Shown here in pieces: positions 29,578-43,200 of a stretch of DNA of 64,000 nucleotides. The stretch is from Rhodocyclaceae bacterium (lineage in GTDB: Bacteria; Pseudomonadota; Gammaproteobacteria; Burkholderiales; Rhodocyclaceae). The translations under genes and the position numbers were made by a program. A model generated the notes under the pieces. It ran no database searches and was not told the DNA's origin. It saw only the letters and a program-made list of their open reading frames with translations. Each line of letters starts with the position of its first letter. Positions within the stretch are counted from its first letter, which is position 1. The stretch is taken from the NCBI GenBank assembly GCA_050293885.1, contig JBNKNO010000008.1, forward strand, positions 21,857 to 85,856, given 5' to 3'.

Positions 29578-29952
29578 TCAGTCGGTATCGAATACCGCAT
29601 GGCCATCGCGGCCACGCTGAATAAACACGCCGACACGGCGAACGTCTTTCATCACCCCGATCTTCGCGATTCTCAACTTGACCCACGGCGCGTTGAACTC
29701 GTCAAAAAGCAGGGCAACCACGAATTCGCCAAGTGTCTCGATGAGATTGAAATGCCGCCCCGCCAACTCGGCGCGAATTCGCTCGATGACTTTTGCGTAA
29801 TCAATCGTGTCATCAATGTCATCACGCTCGGCCGCCGCATCCGGCACACCGAAGGTGAGATTCAATTCAAGCGGCTGCGGCGCCACCTGTTCGCGTGGAT
29901 AGATACCGACGCGAGCGGAAACGCGCAATTCTTCAATGAAGATGAAATCCAT
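29578..29952 (-). CDS. folB: Dihydroneopterin aldolase
   Basis: 124 aa; MDFIFIEELRVSARVGIYPREQ...DDTIDYAKV pattern typical of FolB. Confidence 0.85.
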   Translation of the reverse strand: MDFIFIEELRVSARVGIYPREQVAPQPLELNLTFGVPDAAAERDDIDDTIDYAKVIERIRAELAGRHFNLIETLGEFVVALLFDEFNAPWVKLRIAKIGVMKDVRRVGVFIQRGRDGHAVFDTD

Positions 29953-30025
29953 GCGAACTCTCGACTAGAATTGCGAGCATTCTAGCTGAACGGGACGCAC
30001 TCGGCCGCCCCGCGAATGGTTCCGG

Positions 30026-30634
30026 ATGACTACCACCACACTCGCTCTCATCGTTGTCGCCTATCTCATCGGAGCCGTCCCTTTCGCTGTCCTGGTGAGC
30101 AAGGCCCTGGGCCTGGCGGACCCACGTGCCTACGGCTCCGGCAACCCCGGGGCGACCAACGTGCTGCGCTCGGGCAGCAAATTGGCGGCCATACTCACCT
30201 TGCTGGGCGACGCGCTCAAGGGCACTTTTGCGGTGTGGGTCATGGCGCGCTGGGGCAGCCCGGCGGCATTGCCGATCGCCGCGGCCGGCCTTGCGGCTTT
30301 TCTGGGTCATGTCTTTCCGGTCACCCTTGGCTTCAAGGGCGGCAAGGGGGTCGCCACCGCCCTCGGCGTGCTCGCAGCTTTCAGCGGCTTGCTGGCGCTG
30401 ACGTGCGCCGTAGTTTGGTTGGTGATCGCGCTGGTCTTCCGCTACTCGTCGCTCGCCGCGCTGATGGCAGCACTCGCCGCACCGATCGCGGCGCACCTGA
30501 TCATCGGCGCCTCGGCGATCACCGGTGCCTGCGTCGCCATGGCCGCACTGCTGGTGTTCCGCCATTCGGCCAACATCAAACGCCTGCTGGCCGGCACCGA
30601 ACCCAGGATCGGAAAAAAGAAAGACGCAAGCTGA
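30026..30634 (+). CDS. plsY: Glycerol-3-phosphate acyltransferase PlsY
   Basis: 202 aa membrane protein; [12 protein letters not shown] and [17 protein letters not shown] motifs. Confidence 0.9.
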   Translation: MTTTTLALIVVAYLIGAVPFAVLVSKALGLADPRAYGSGNPGATNVLRSGSKLAAILTLLGDALKGTFAVWVMARWGSPAALPIAAAGLAAFLGHVFPVTLGFKGGKGVATALGVLAAFSGLLALTCAVVWLVIALVFRYSSLAALMAALAAPIAAHLIIGASAITGACVAMAALLVFRHSANIKRLLAGTEPRIGKKKDAS

Positions 30635-30643
30635 CGGCCGGGA

Positions 30644-31660
30644 CTAAACGCCCGGCGCGCGAAGCGTTTCCAGCGGCCAGCGCGGTTGCACCGACACACG
30701 CCCGCCGGTAGTCCCTTGCGCCCCCTCGCGCAGCCGCATCGCGCCCGCGAAGGCGATCATGGCGCCGTTGTCGGTGCACAGCTCGGGCTCGGGGTAATAC
30801 ACCCGCCAGCCGCGCCGCTCGGCCATCTGGTCGAGACTCGCGCGCAGCGCCAGGTTCGCGCCCACGCCGCCCGCCACCACCAGCCGGCTCAAACCTGTCT
30901 GCTTGAGCGCCGTTTTGGCTTTGTGCGTGAGCACATCGACCACCGCGGCCTGAAACTCGGCGGCGAGATCGGCGGGCGTGTGCGTCCCGTCACGCAATGC
31001 CGTCATCACGGCCGTTTTCAAACCACTGAAACTGAAATTCAGATCACCCGAGTGCAACATCGGGCGCGGCAGCTTGACGCGGCCGGCCTCGCCCGCTTCC
31101 GCCAACTTGGCCAGCGCAGGGCCACCGGGATAGGGCAGGTCCATCAACTTGGCGGTCTTGTCGAAGGCCTCGCCCGCTGCATCATCGACAGACTCACCCA
31201 GCAAGGCATATCGCCCGACACCTTCGACACGCATCAACTGCGTGTGCCCACCCGACACCAGCAATGCAACGAACGGGAAATCGGGCGCATCCGCGGCCAA
31301 TAGTGGCGAGAGCAGATGTCCCTCCAGGTGATGAATGGGCAAGGCGGGCACACCGCGCGCTGCCGCCATCGCCTCGGCCGTGCCGGCCGCCACGAGCAGC
31401 GCGCCTGCCAGCCCCGGGCCCGCGGTGTAGGCAATGGCGTCGACCGCATCCAGCGTCAGTCCCGCGTCCCCCAGCACCTGACGAATGAGCGCCGGCAGGC
31501 GCCGCACGTGGTCCCGCGAGGCAAGCTCGGGCACCACGCCGCCATACGCCGCATGCAGATCGATCTGCGAATGCACGCGATGGGCGAGCAGCCCCCGCTG
31601 CACGTCGTAGAGCGCAACACCGGTTTCATCGCACGAACTTTCCAACCCCAATACAATCAT
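30644..31660 (-). CDS. tsaD: tRNA N6-adenosine threonylcarbamoyltransferase
   Basis: 338 aa; [26 protein letters not shown]; divergent from rpsU as in E. coli. Confidence 0.95.
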   Translation of the reverse strand: MIVLGLESSCDETGVALYDVQRGLLAHRVHSQIDLHAAYGGVVPELASRDHVRRLPALIRQVLGDAGLTLDAVDAIAYTAGPGLAGALLVAAGTAEAMAAARGVPALPIHHLEGHLLSPLLAADAPDFPFVALLVSGGHTQLMRVEGVGRYALLGESVDDAAGEAFDKTAKLMDLPYPGGPALAKLAEAGEAGRVKLPRPMLHSGDLNFSFSGLKTAVMTALRDGTHTPADLAAEFQAAVVDVLTHKAKTALKQTGLSRLVVAGGVGANLALRASLDQMAERRGWRVYYPEPELCTDNGAMIAFAGAMRLREGAQGTTGGRVSVQPRWPLETLRAPGV

Positions 31661-31733
31661 CTCGACCCCGCTTGTTGTGGCCGTATTCTAGCCGTTTGCC
31701 TCGGCACGTCAGCACAAAAGAGTCTTGAAGGGC

Positions 31734-31762
31734 TTGGCATGCTTGCTTCGAGCGAATATACT
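31734..31762 (+). promoter_or_regulatory. Putative sigma70 promoter of the rpsU operon
   Basis: TTGGCA, 17-nt spacer, TATACT; about 40 nt upstream of the rpsU ATG. Confidence 0.45.
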
Positions 31763-31802
31763 GCGTGGTTTTCCAGTACATTTTCAGGCGAAGGAACAGG
31801 CA

Positions 31803-32015
31803 ATGCCGGGCATCCGCGTTAAAGAAAACGAGCCGTTTGAAGTCGCAATCCGCCGCTTCAAGCGCACCATCGAAAAGGCAGGCACGCTGACCGAGCTGCG
31901 TTCCCGCGAGTTTTACGAAAAGCCGACGGCTGAGCGCAAGCGCAAGCTGGCTGCAGCGGTCAAGCGCCATCACAAGCGCATCCGCAGCCAGATGCTGCCG
32001 CCCAAGATGTACTGA
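31803..32015 (+). CDS. rpsU: 30S ribosomal protein S21
   Basis: 70 aa [27 protein letters not shown]...; ATG at 31803. Confidence 0.95.
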   Translation: MPGIRVKENEPFEVAIRRFKRTIEKAGTLTELRSREFYEKPTAERKRKLAAAVKRHHKRIRSQMLPPKMY

Positions 32016-32104
32016 GCCTTAACCGGCCAGTCATCCCGCCACGACCGGCGCGGCCATTGCCGCGTCCGTCGTGGTTTTTGCGTTTTCAGTCCAGGAGTTC
32101 TGCC

Positions 32105-32551
32105 ATGTCCCTCAAAGCCCGCATTCAGGAAGAAATGAAAGCTGCCATGCGTGCCCGCGACAGCGAGCGCCTGGCCGCCATTCGCTTTCTGCTCGCCGCC
32201 ATCAAGCAGAAAGAGGTCGACACCCAGACCGAGCTGGACGATGACGGCGTCACCGCCGTGATCGAGAAACAGCTCAAGCAGCGCAGGGACTCCGCCACCC
32301 AGTACGCCAATGGGGGCCGCGCCGATCTGGCCGACAAGGAACGCTTCGAAATCACCGTGCTCGAGGCCTACATGCCGGCCCAGATGAGCGCAGAAGAAAT
32401 CGCGGCCGCCGTCACCAAGGCGATCGCCGACACTGGCGCCACCTCGCTCGCCGACATGGGCAAGGTCATGGCCGCGCTGAAAGGCGCACTGGCCGGCCGC
32501 GCCGACATGGGGCTCGTCTCGGCCCGCGTCAAACAGTCGCTCGCCGGTTAA
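32105..32551 (+). CDS. GatB/YqeY domain-containing protein
   Basis: 148 aa from ATG 32105 (RBS AGGAG); MSLKARIQEEMKAAMRARD..RL..IRFLLAAIKQKEVD typical of YqeY. Confidence 0.85.
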   Translation: MSLKARIQEEMKAAMRARDSERLAAIRFLLAAIKQKEVDTQTELDDDGVTAVIEKQLKQRRDSATQYANGGRADLADKERFEITVLEAYMPAQMSAEEIAAAVTKAIADTGATSLADMGKVMAALKGALAGRADMGLVSARVKQSLAG

Positions 32552-32569
32552 TCCGGCCCCGCTCCGACC

Positions 32570-34348
32570 GTGATCCCACAGTCCTTCATCCAGGACCTGC
32601 TCACTCGCGTCGACATTGTCGACGTGATCGAGCGCCACGTTCCGCTCAAGAAAAAGGGTGCGAACTATTTTGCCTGCTGCCCGTTTCACGGCGAAAAGTC
32701 GGCCTCGTTTTCGGTCAGCCCGAGCAAGCAGTTCTATCACTGCTTCGGCTGTGGCGCCCATGGCAGTGCGATCGGATTCCTGATGGAGTACGCCGGCCTG
32801 GGCTATGTCGAGGCGATTCACGAACTGGCGCGTCAACTCGGCGTCGAAGTCCCCGAGGAAAAACGCGGCGGCGGCCGCGCACCGCACCCGGCCACGCGCT
32901 CGCTCACCGATCTCATGAGCCAGGCGGCACAGTTCTACCGCGAACAACTCAAAGGCTCCGAGCGCGCCATCGCCTATCTCAAGGGCCGCGGCCTGACCGG
33001 ACAGATCGCCGCACGCTTCGGCATCGGCTACGCGCCGGAGGGCTGGCAGTCCCTCGAGAAGATCGCAGCGAACTATGCCGCCCCGGAACTGCTCGAAGCC
33101 GGCCTCGTGATCGAGAACGACCAAGGACGACGCTACGACCGCTTTCGCGACCGGATCATGTTCCCGATCCTCGATTCGCGCGGCAACGTGATCGGCTTCG
33201 GCGGCCGCGTGCTCGATCAGGGCGAGCCGAAATACATGAACTCGCCCGAAACGCCGCTGTTCGAAAAAGGCCGCGAACTGTACGGGCTGTTTCAGGCCCG
33301 CCAGGCCATTCGCGCCGACAACACCACCATCGTCGTCGAAGGCTACATGGACGTGGTGGCGCTGGCCCAGCATGGCGTGCACAACGCGGTCGCCACGCTC
33401 GGCACCGCCACCACGGCGACGCACATCCAGAAACTGTTCCGGCTGGTCGACCGGGTGGTGTTCTGCTTCGACGGCGATGCGGCGGGCCGCAAGGCCGCCT
33501 GGCGTGCGCTCGAATCCGCCCTCGAAGCCCTCAATGACGCCAAGCACATCGGCTTCCTGTTTCTGCCCGACAAGCACGACCCGGACTCGTTTGTGCGTGA
33601 ATTCGGCGCAGACGATTTTCGCGCCGCGGCGAACGACGCCACGCCGCTCACCGAGTTCCTGCTCGACGGGCTGGCTGCGGATCTGGACATGAAGACCGCC
33701 GAGGGACGCGCCCAGTTCGCTCACACCGCCCAGCCAATGGTGCTGCGCGTGAGCGCACCCATGCTGCGCCTGCAACTGGTGAAATCGGTCGCGCAGCGTT
33801 GCGCGCTGGGCGAAGCGGAGTTGATGCAGGCCTGGGGCATGACGCCACCGCTATCACAACGACGCGGCAAATCCGCGCCGCCGCCCCGACGCGCACCGCG
33901 CCGCCCGCCATCGCCGCTGGAAAGCACCTTGCTGCGCATCGTGGTGCGCCACCCTGCCTGGGCCGCACGCGTGCCCGCAGAACTGATTCCAGACGCCTCC
34001 GACGAAGGACGCGCGCTGATCGGCATCATCGACGCCATCAGCATCGGCGACCTGGGCGCCGACACGCGACTGGGCACCTTGCTGGAGCATTTTCGCGAAT
34101 CCCCCCATGCCGAGACGCTCACGCGGTATTGCGTCGAGGAAGCCGATGAAGTCATCGCCGAGGACGTGATTGAAACCCTGTTTCTCGACACCTTGCAGAA
34201 ACTGCATGCGCAAGCGTTGCAAGAGGAGATTGCCACGCTTGCGGCACGCGCTGCGGAGCTGAATCCGGAGGAGCGCAAACGCTACGCACACCTCATCCGG
34301 CAACGACAGGGGAACCCCGGGGGGCAACCCAAAGTCTCAGATTCGTAA
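32570..34348 (+). CDS. dnaG: DNA primase
   Basis: GTG start at 32570; zinc ribbon [30 protein letters not shown]; TOPRIM region VVEGYMDVV. Confidence 0.95.
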   Translation: MIPQSFIQDLLTRVDIVDVIERHVPLKKKGANYFACCPFHGEKSASFSVSPSKQFYHCFGCGAHGSAIGFLMEYAGLGYVEAIHELARQLGVEVPEEKRGGGRAPHPATRSLTDLMSQAAQFYREQLKGSERAIAYLKGRGLTGQIAARFGIGYAPEGWQSLEKIAANYAAPELLEAGLVIENDQGRRYDRFRDRIMFPILDSRGNVIGFGGRVLDQGEPKYMNSPETPLFEKGRELYGLFQARQAIRADNTTIVVEGYMDVVALAQHGVHNAVATLGTATTATHIQKLFRLVDRVVFCFDGDAAGRKAAWRALESALEALNDAKHIGFLFLPDKHDPDSFVREFGADDFRAAANDATPLTEFLLDGLAADLDMKTAEGRAQFAHTAQPMVLRVSAPMLRLQLVKSVAQRCALGEAELMQAWGMTPPLSQRRGKSAPPPRRAPRRPPSPLESTLLRIVVRHPAWAARVPAELIPDASDEGRALIGIIDAISIGDLGADTRLGTLLEHFRESPHAETLTRYCVEEADEVIAEDVIETLFLDTLQKLHAQALQEEIATLAARAAELNPEERKRYAHLIRQRQGNPGGQPKVSDS

Positions 34349-34394
34349 TATAATTTCCTGTTTTTCTGACATCTCCGAATACCCGAGGACCACT

Positions 34395-36407
<2,013 letters not shown>

Positions 36408-36420
36408 GCCCCACCTTGCC

Positions 36421-36445
36421 GGCGCGGACCCTCCCGGTCCGCGCC
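36421..36445 (+). other. GC-rich stem-loop between rpoD stop and the tRNA (no U-tract)
   Basis: ggcgcggacc-ctccc-ggtccgcgcc: a perfect 10-bp stem. May be a processing/pausing element rather than a full terminator. Confidence 0.4.
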
Positions 36446-36451
36446 GCTCTC

Positions 36452-36528
36452 GGGCCTTTAGCTCAATTGGTTAGAGCAGAGGACTCATAATCCTTTGGTT
36501 GCGGGTTCGAGTCCCGCAGGGCCCACCA
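36452..36528 (+). tRNA. ileX: tRNA with CAT anticodon, most likely tRNA-Ile2 (lysidine-modified, ileX-like)
   Basis: Cloverleaf folded by hand: acceptor GGGCCTT/AGGGCCC, D arm GCTC-AATTGGTTA-GAGC, anticodon arm GAGGA-CTCATAA-TCCTT, T arm GCGGG-TTCGAGT-CCCGC, encoded CCA. Resembles E. coli ileX (C4-G69, C5-G68, TGGT variable loop) more than elongator or initiator Met. Confidence 0.9.
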
Positions 36529-36694
36529 TCCGCACTCCCACGCTTTCGACCTGCCTCACGGCACGCGCACGCGTGCACCGCGCCGACAGTCGGCACGCTC
36601 CCAAAAGGCATGCGCATGACGTAAAGTAAAGTTATGCGCAGATGGCCTGCCGGGACATCCGACAGGCATCTGCCCAACGGAGCGTTGTGTCCGA

Positions 36695-39091
36695 ATGATG
36701 CGATACGCCAGGCAGTTCATCGAAGACTTCCGTCATACACTCGCGCCCTTTCAGGCGGACGAGTCACGGGCAGGTCGTTTTCGTGCGCGCCAGATCCACG
36801 CAGTGCTGCGACTCACGCCGCTGACGATGTTCGCCAACGTGCTGAACGCGGGAATCATCGGCCTGACCTTCAACGACATCATCAACCCGCTGCTGCTCAC
36901 GGGGTGGATCCTGTGCGTGCTGTATGCCTCCGGCGTCGGCATCGAGGCGTGGATCAAATGGCGGCGCGGCAAGGGGCCGCGCACCGTCTCTCCGCGGGCG
37001 CTCGATCGGGCGGCCAAGCACGCCGCGCTGCTGGGCTTGCTGTGGTCCATGCTGCCGATTTTCTTGCTGCCCTTGGCGTCGCGCGAAGATCAGCTGATGC
37101 TGGCCTCGGTCACGGTCGGCATGCTGTGTGCGGGCGGTTTTGCGCTGGCGACGATTCCCCAGGCAGCCCTCACCTATGTCGGCGTGCTCGGCGTCGGCAC
37201 CTTCGTCGGCCTGTTCCGTCTGGACCATCCGCTCGGTATCGAGTTGGCCTTTCTGCTGGCGGTCTACACCCTCATCGTCATGGGCAGCGTGATGTCGAAT
37301 GCGCGAACGTTTGGTGCCCGCCTGCTGGCGGAGGCCGAGGGCGAACGCCAGCGGCAACTGATCGGCTTGCTGCTGCGCGATTTCGAGGAAAACGCCAGCG
37401 ACTGGCTATGGGAGGTGGATCAGTCCGGGCGCCTCACTCACGTGTCGCGACGCATGGCGTCGGTGTTCGGGCGTGACGAAGCTTCCCTGATGCACCAGCC
37501 ACTGCTAGAACTGATCGGCAGCACACTCGACCGCGCCACCCCGGAAGAGCGCCAGGCGCTTTCCGGGCTACAGCACTGCTTTTCCGGGGAAACCCCCTTC
37601 CGCGATGTGCTCGCCCCGGTCATTCTCAACGGGGAAACCCGCTGGTGGTCACTCACGGCCAAACCCCTGATCGACACCGCGGGCGAGCGCGCCGGCTGGC
37701 GTGGCGTTGGTACGGACGTCACCGCGTCGCTTACGGCGCAGCGCGAAGTAACCCGACTGGCGCATTTCGACGGCTTGACCGGACTGGCCAATCGAAACCG
37801 CTTTCAGGAAGTGCTCAGCGAGATCGAGAACGGCAGTCCGGACAAACCGGCGGAAGCCTTGCTGCTGTGTCTGGATCTGGACAATTTCAAAACGGTCAAT
37901 GACTCGCTGGGGCACTCCTTCGGCGATGGCCTGTTGCGGGTCGTCGCGCAGCGCCTGCTCGGGCGAACACGGCGCTCCGATCTCGTTGCCCGACTTGGCG
38001 GCGACGAATTTGCCATCGTGCGCCTTGGCCCGGTCACGCCCGAGGATGCCGAAGAGCTCGCCGACCGCCTCATCCAGACCTTGGGCGACCCATGCGAGAT
38101 CGACGGAATTCGTGTGCGGGTGGGCGCGAGTGCCGGCATCGCCATTGCCCCCAAGGACGGACAAAGTGGCGACCAGTTGCTCAAGAACGCCGACATCGCG
38201 CTGTACGCGGCAAAATTCGAGGGCAAGGGGCGTTTCCGCTTTTTCGACTACGAAATGGACACCCGGGCACGGCGGCGGCTGTTTCTCGAACACGAACTGC
38301 GCGGCGCGCTGCATCGGGGCGAGTTTCACCTGGTGTTCCAACCGCAGTTCGCCCTCGACACCAACGCGATCACCGGCTGCGAGGCGTTGTTGCGTTGGGT
38401 TCATCCCCGACTGGGACAAATCGACACGCAAGAGTGCATTGCCGTGGCCGAGGAGTCCGGCCAGATCGAGGCGATCGGCGACTGGGTCATCAGCGAAGCG
38501 ATTGCGCAAGCCGTCCAGTGGCCCGAGGCGATCAGCGTCTCCATCAATCTGTCGCTGGCGCAGTTCATGGACCCGGCCCTGTGTGATCGCATTCTGAAGC
38601 AGCTCGACAGCGCCGGCCTGCCGACCCACCGCGTCGAACTCGAACTGACCGAATCCATCTTCCTGAGCGACCAGAAAGCCGCCGAGCAGCAGCTGCTGAC
38701 ACTCAAGCGCGCCGGCATTCGCATTGCGCTGGACGATTTCGGCACCGGCTATTCGTCGCTGGCCTACCTGCGCAGCTATCCATTCGACCGCTTGAAGATC
38801 GATCGTGCGTTCGTGAGCGAGCTACCGCATGTTCCCGAGGCCGTCGCCATCGTTCGCGCGGTGATCACCATGGCCAATTCGCTAAGCATGGATACCTGCG
38901 CCGAAGGGGTTGAGAATCAGGCCCAGTTGGAGCAACTACGCCACGAAAACTGCCATACCGTTCAGGGCTTCGCGCTGGCCAAACCCATGACGAGCGAGGC
39001 GCTGAAGGGTTTCTTGCTGGGCCACCGCGTCGCCCAGCCGGCACCGGCCAGAAAATTCGACAAGGTCACACCGATCAAGTCTCTTCGCTGA
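36695..39091 (+). CDS. Membrane-anchored PAS-GGDEF-EAL protein (both catalytic signatures intact)
   Basis: 798 aa; about 5-6 N-terminal TM segments; PAS; GGDEF with an RRSD I-site (DLDNFKTVNDSLGHSFGDGLL ... RLGGDEF); EAL blocks EALLRW, ELELTES, DDFGTGYSSLAYL, KIDRAFV, QGFALAKP. Confidence 0.9.
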   Translation: MMRYARQFIEDFRHTLAPFQADESRAGRFRARQIHAVLRLTPLTMFANVLNAGIIGLTFNDIINPLLLTGWILCVLYASGVGIEAWIKWRRGKGPRTVSPRALDRAAKHAALLGLLWSMLPIFLLPLASREDQLMLASVTVGMLCAGGFALATIPQAALTYVGVLGVGTFVGLFRLDHPLGIELAFLLAVYTLIVMGSVMSNARTFGARLLAEAEGERQRQLIGLLLRDFEENASDWLWEVDQSGRLTHVSRRMASVFGRDEASLMHQPLLELIGSTLDRATPEERQALSGLQHCFSGETPFRDVLAPVILNGETRWWSLTAKPLIDTAGERAGWRGVGTDVTASLTAQREVTRLAHFDGLTGLANRNRFQEVLSEIENGSPDKPAEALLLCLDLDNFKTVNDSLGHSFGDGLLRVVAQRLLGRTRRSDLVARLGGDEFAIVRLGPVTPEDAEELADRLIQTLGDPCEIDGIRVRVGASAGIAIAPKDGQSGDQLLKNADIALYAAKFEGKGRFRFFDYEMDTRARRRLFLEHELRGALHRGEFHLVFQPQFALDTNAITGCEALLRWVHPRLGQIDTQECIAVAEESGQIEAIGDWVISEAIAQAVQWPEAISVSINLSLAQFMDPALCDRILKQLDSAGLPTHRVELELTESIFLSDQKAAEQQLLTLKRAGIRIALDDFGTGYSSLAYLRSYPFDRLKIDRAFVSELPHVPEAVAIVRAVITMANSLSMDTCAEGVENQAQLEQLRHENCHTVQGFALAKPMTSEALKGFLLGHRVAQPAPARKFDKVTPIKSLR

Positions 39092-39200
39092 GTCATCGAC
39101 CGCTCGACCCACGTGCTGACCCCGCCATCGGTGTCCCGCCACTCAATTCGGGCAACCTCGTGCCGTTAACACTCGAAGTCGCCGCCGCAAAGAGCCCTGA

Positions 39201-40244
39201 ATGAAAATTGCCATCATCGATGACACGCCCCTGAATCTGACGCTGATGCAGGCGCTTGTCAGCAAGTTGCCGGATTGCGAACCCATGCCGTTCGCCGATC
39301 CGGTGGCCGGGCTAGGCTGGTGTCAGCAGAACGAACCCGATCTGGTCATCGTCGATTACATGATGCCGGGGCTCGACGGGGTCGAGTTCATTCGCCGCTT
39401 TCGGGCAACGCCCGAGCGCGAGGACGTCCCCATCCTTATGGTGACCGCCGATCACGAGCGCCAGACGCGCTACAACGCGCTGCAGTCCGGCGCGACCGAT
39501 TTTCTCAACAAGCCCGTTGACCGCAACGAGTTTCAGCCCCGCGTGCACAACATGCTGGCCTTGCGGCGCGCCCACCTGGCCACGCGCGAGCGCGCTCGCA
39601 CGCTCGAACTGGAAGTCACCAAGGCCACTGCGCAGATTCATGATCGCGAACAGGAAACGGTCACCCGGCTGGCGCGTGCGGCCGAATTTCGCGACCCGGA
39701 GACCGGCGCGCATATTCAGCGCATGGCGCACTACTCGGCCTTGATCGCGCGTCAACTGGGGCACGACGAGGCCTTCGCCGCCACCATCTTGCACGCGGCA
39801 CCGATGCACGATGTCGGCAAGCTGGGCATTCCGGATCACATCCTCATGAAACCGGGGCGGCTGACGACGGAAGAATTCCACCAGATGAAGCGTCATCCGG
39901 CGATCGGCTATGACATCCTCAAGGATTCGACTTCGCCCGTCATCCAGATCGCCGCCACCATCGCGCTCACTCATCACGAAAAATTCGACGGATCGGGCTA
40001 TCCGGCCGGCACGGCCGGCGAAGCCATCCCGCTGGTCGGCCGCATCGTGGCCGTCGCCGATGTTTTCGACGCATTGACCTCGGCACGCCCCTACAAACCG
40101 GCGTGGTCACTTGACGACGCGGAGCGCTTTTTGCGCGAGGGCCGTGGCAATCACTTCGACCCGCGATGCGTCGACGGCTTTCTGTCCGACTGGCGCGCCG
40201 TCCTCGATATTCGCAGCCGCTTTCAGGACGAAGCGGATACCTGA
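39201..40244 (+). CDS. Response regulator with HD-GYP c-di-GMP phosphodiesterase domain (RpfG family)
   Basis: REC motifs IIDDTP, LVIVDYMMPGLDG, MVTAD, NKPV. HD-GYP motifs HDVGKLGIPD, KRHPAIGYDIL, HHEKFDGSGYP. Confidence 0.9.
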   Translation: MKIAIIDDTPLNLTLMQALVSKLPDCEPMPFADPVAGLGWCQQNEPDLVIVDYMMPGLDGVEFIRRFRATPEREDVPILMVTADHERQTRYNALQSGATDFLNKPVDRNEFQPRVHNMLALRRAHLATRERARTLELEVTKATAQIHDREQETVTRLARAAEFRDPETGAHIQRMAHYSALIARQLGHDEAFAATILHAAPMHDVGKLGIPDHILMKPGRLTTEEFHQMKRHPAIGYDILKDSTSPVIQIAATIALTHHEKFDGSGYPAGTAGEAIPLVGRIVAVADVFDALTSARPYKPAWSLDDAERFLREGRGNHFDPRCVDGFLSDWRAVLDIRSRFQDEADT

Positions 40245-40247
40245 CCG

Positions 40248-43200
40248 ATGGGCGCTTTTTTCGACCGGCTGCGCCCACGCTCACTTCGCCATCGCATCGT
40301 CTCGCTGTTTGCGTTGGCAAGCGGTGCGGCCATCTTGCTCGGCGCGCTCTACCTTGGATACACACAGTCCGGCTGGACCGCCCGGCAACTTCACGAAAGT
40401 GCGCAGTCGCTGGCGTCCCATATCGCCACCACCACGGCAGACAATGTCGCCGCCAACAACTCCGCCGCGCTCAGTCGCCAACTCGACCAGTTCGCCAGCC
40501 ACGCCAACGTGCGCTCACTGATCGTCACCGATCGACAGGGGCGCATTCTCGCCGCGTTCACGAACCCCGCCCACGGCGCACCGGATACCGGGATCACCGT
40601 CGGCGACTATCTACCGTCTGCACCAGCCGCCACCGACGACTCACGCGTGAGCGGCCTGCTGACGGTGTCGGCACCGATCGGCCCGATCGCCCCCCTGGGC
40701 AGCGTGCAGGTCTCGCTCGACAGCAGCGCCATCACTCACGCGTGGACACAGGCCGGGCTGGCGAGCTTGATTGGCCTCCTCCTGGTCGCAATGAGTTCGT
40801 GGCTGGTGCACCGCTGGCTGGGCAGAACCACGGCCGACTTGCAAACAGCGACAGAATTCGCGGCAAGCATGGGCTCGGAACGCACCGATGTCCTGCATCT
40901 GGGTTCCGGCGCTCACGAACTCACTGCGCTCACCGACGCGTTGAACTGGACGTCGATTCGCCTTTGGGACGAACGCGCCGCGCTCAAGGAAAGCGAAGCA
41001 CGAAAGCGCGCGATTGCCGAAGCGGCGCTCGACTGCATCATCACCATCGACGCCAACGGCATGGTGCTCGAATTCAATCCGGCCGCCGAGCGCGTGTTCG
41101 GCTACACCTGGACCGAAGTCCAGCAGGCGCCATTGTCCGAGCTCATCATTCCCCCCGATCTGCGCGAAGCCCATGAAGCCGGCTTGATGCGATACCTGGC
41201 CCGCGGGGTCGGACCGATACTCAACCGACGCATCGAACAGCGCGCCATGCGCAAGGACGGCAGCGAGTTTCCCGTCGAACTGGCCATCGTCCCGGTGGAA
41301 TGCGAAGGCAAGCAGATGTTCACCGCCTACCTGCGCGACATCAGCGACCAGCTCGCCGCCACCGCTGCCATCGAAGCGGAAAGTGCGCGCGTTCGCGGCA
41401 TTCTCGACAATCTCAGCGAACTGGTCTTCGAAACCAACACGGCGCTACGCTGGCGCTACCTCAGCCCGGCCTGGACGCGACTGACCGCCACCCCCGTCGG
41501 CGCCCAACTGGCCAGAAGGGCACTTGCCTGGCTCAGTGCCTCCGAACGCGCTCGCCTGCGAAAGCTCATTGGCTCGCTCGTCGCCGGCAAGGCGGATTCG
41601 ATTCGCACCGACGTACGGGTCACCGGTACCGACGGAGAGCCGCTGTGGCTGGCGTTGTTCGTGCGCCCACTTCATGCCGAAGATGGCGCGCTGACCGGGT
41701 TTTCCGGTTCGGCCACCGACGTGACCGCACGCAAGTTGATCGAGCAAACCCTGCGTGAATCGAAGGACATCGCCGAACACGCCAACCGCGCAAAAAGCGA
41801 TTTCCTCTCAAACATGAGTCACGAAATCCGTACACCCATGAACAGCGTCATCGGCATGACCGATCTGGCACTGGAAACGGCACTGGACGAGGAGCAGCGT
41901 AACTACATGACGACTGTCAAACAATCCGCCGAAGGCTTGCTCAACGTGCTCAACGACATTCTCGACTTCTCCAAGATCGAGTCGGGCAAGCTCGACTTCG
42001 AACACATCAACTTCGGCCTGCGTGACTGCGTGGCGCAGGTGCAGAACATCCTGAGCGAGCACGCCGCCCAGCGCGGGCTGACGCTCACCCACAACGTCGA
42101 TCCGACCGTGCCGGAACAGTTGCTGGGCGATCCGCACCGCCTGCGGCAAGTGCTGCTCAACCTGGTCACCAACGCCATCAAATTCACCGAACACGGGCAC
42201 ATCAGCGTGCGCGTCAGCCTCACCGAGAGCCGGGCCACGGAAGCGGTGTTGCAATTCGCGATCGAAGACACCGGCATCGGCATCGCGGACGACAAGCAAC
42301 AGTTGATCTTCGACGCCTTCACGCAAGCGGACACCTCCCCCACCCGGCGCCATGGTGGCACCGGCCTGGGGCTGGCGATCTGCGCGCAACTCGTGCGCGG
42401 CATGCACGGACGCATCTGGGTCGAGAGCGCGCTGGGCAAAGGCAGCACCTTCCGCTTCACCGGGCGCTTCGACCGCGCGCCCGCGCCCGCCCTTGTCCAT
42501 GCCCGCGACACCGTTCTGTCCGCACTCAACGTGCTGGTGGTCGCCGGCACCGAGGCTACGCGCCAGCATCTGTCCGCCATGGTCGAGAGCTGGAGCATGC
42601 ACGTCACCGTGTGCGCCACCGGCGCCTCGGCACTGCACACCCTGCGCAATGCCGCCGCGCAAGCGCAGGTCGACGTCACCTTGGTCGATGCCGACCTGGG
42701 CGACATGGATGCCTTCACGTTCTACGAAACGCTGCACACGGAAATCACACCGCAACCGGGCGTCCAGCTCATGACGGCCAACGCCGGCCAGCGTGGCGAT
42801 GCAGCGCGCTGCCGATCACTCGGCCTGAACGGTTATCTGACGCGCCCGGTGCAGCCCTCCGATCTGCTCGACGCCATCCTCCAGTCCATCGGTGCCGAGG
42901 ACGCCACGCCGTTGATTACCCGACACAGCCTGCGCGAGCAACGGCGTCGCCTCAACGTGCTGCTGGTCGAAGACAACAAGGTCAATCAGACGCTCGCCCT
43001 GCGCCTGCTCGAAAAACTCGGTCATGTCACCCATGTGGCCAACAACGGCGTCGAAGCGCTGGAAGCCTGTGCCAGCGCTCGCTTCGACGTGATTCTGATG
43101 GATCTGCAGATGCCTGAGATGGGCGGCATCGAAGCGACGGAAAAGCTTCGCGAACGCGAAAAGGCGCTCGGGGAATACACCCCGATCATCGCCATGACGG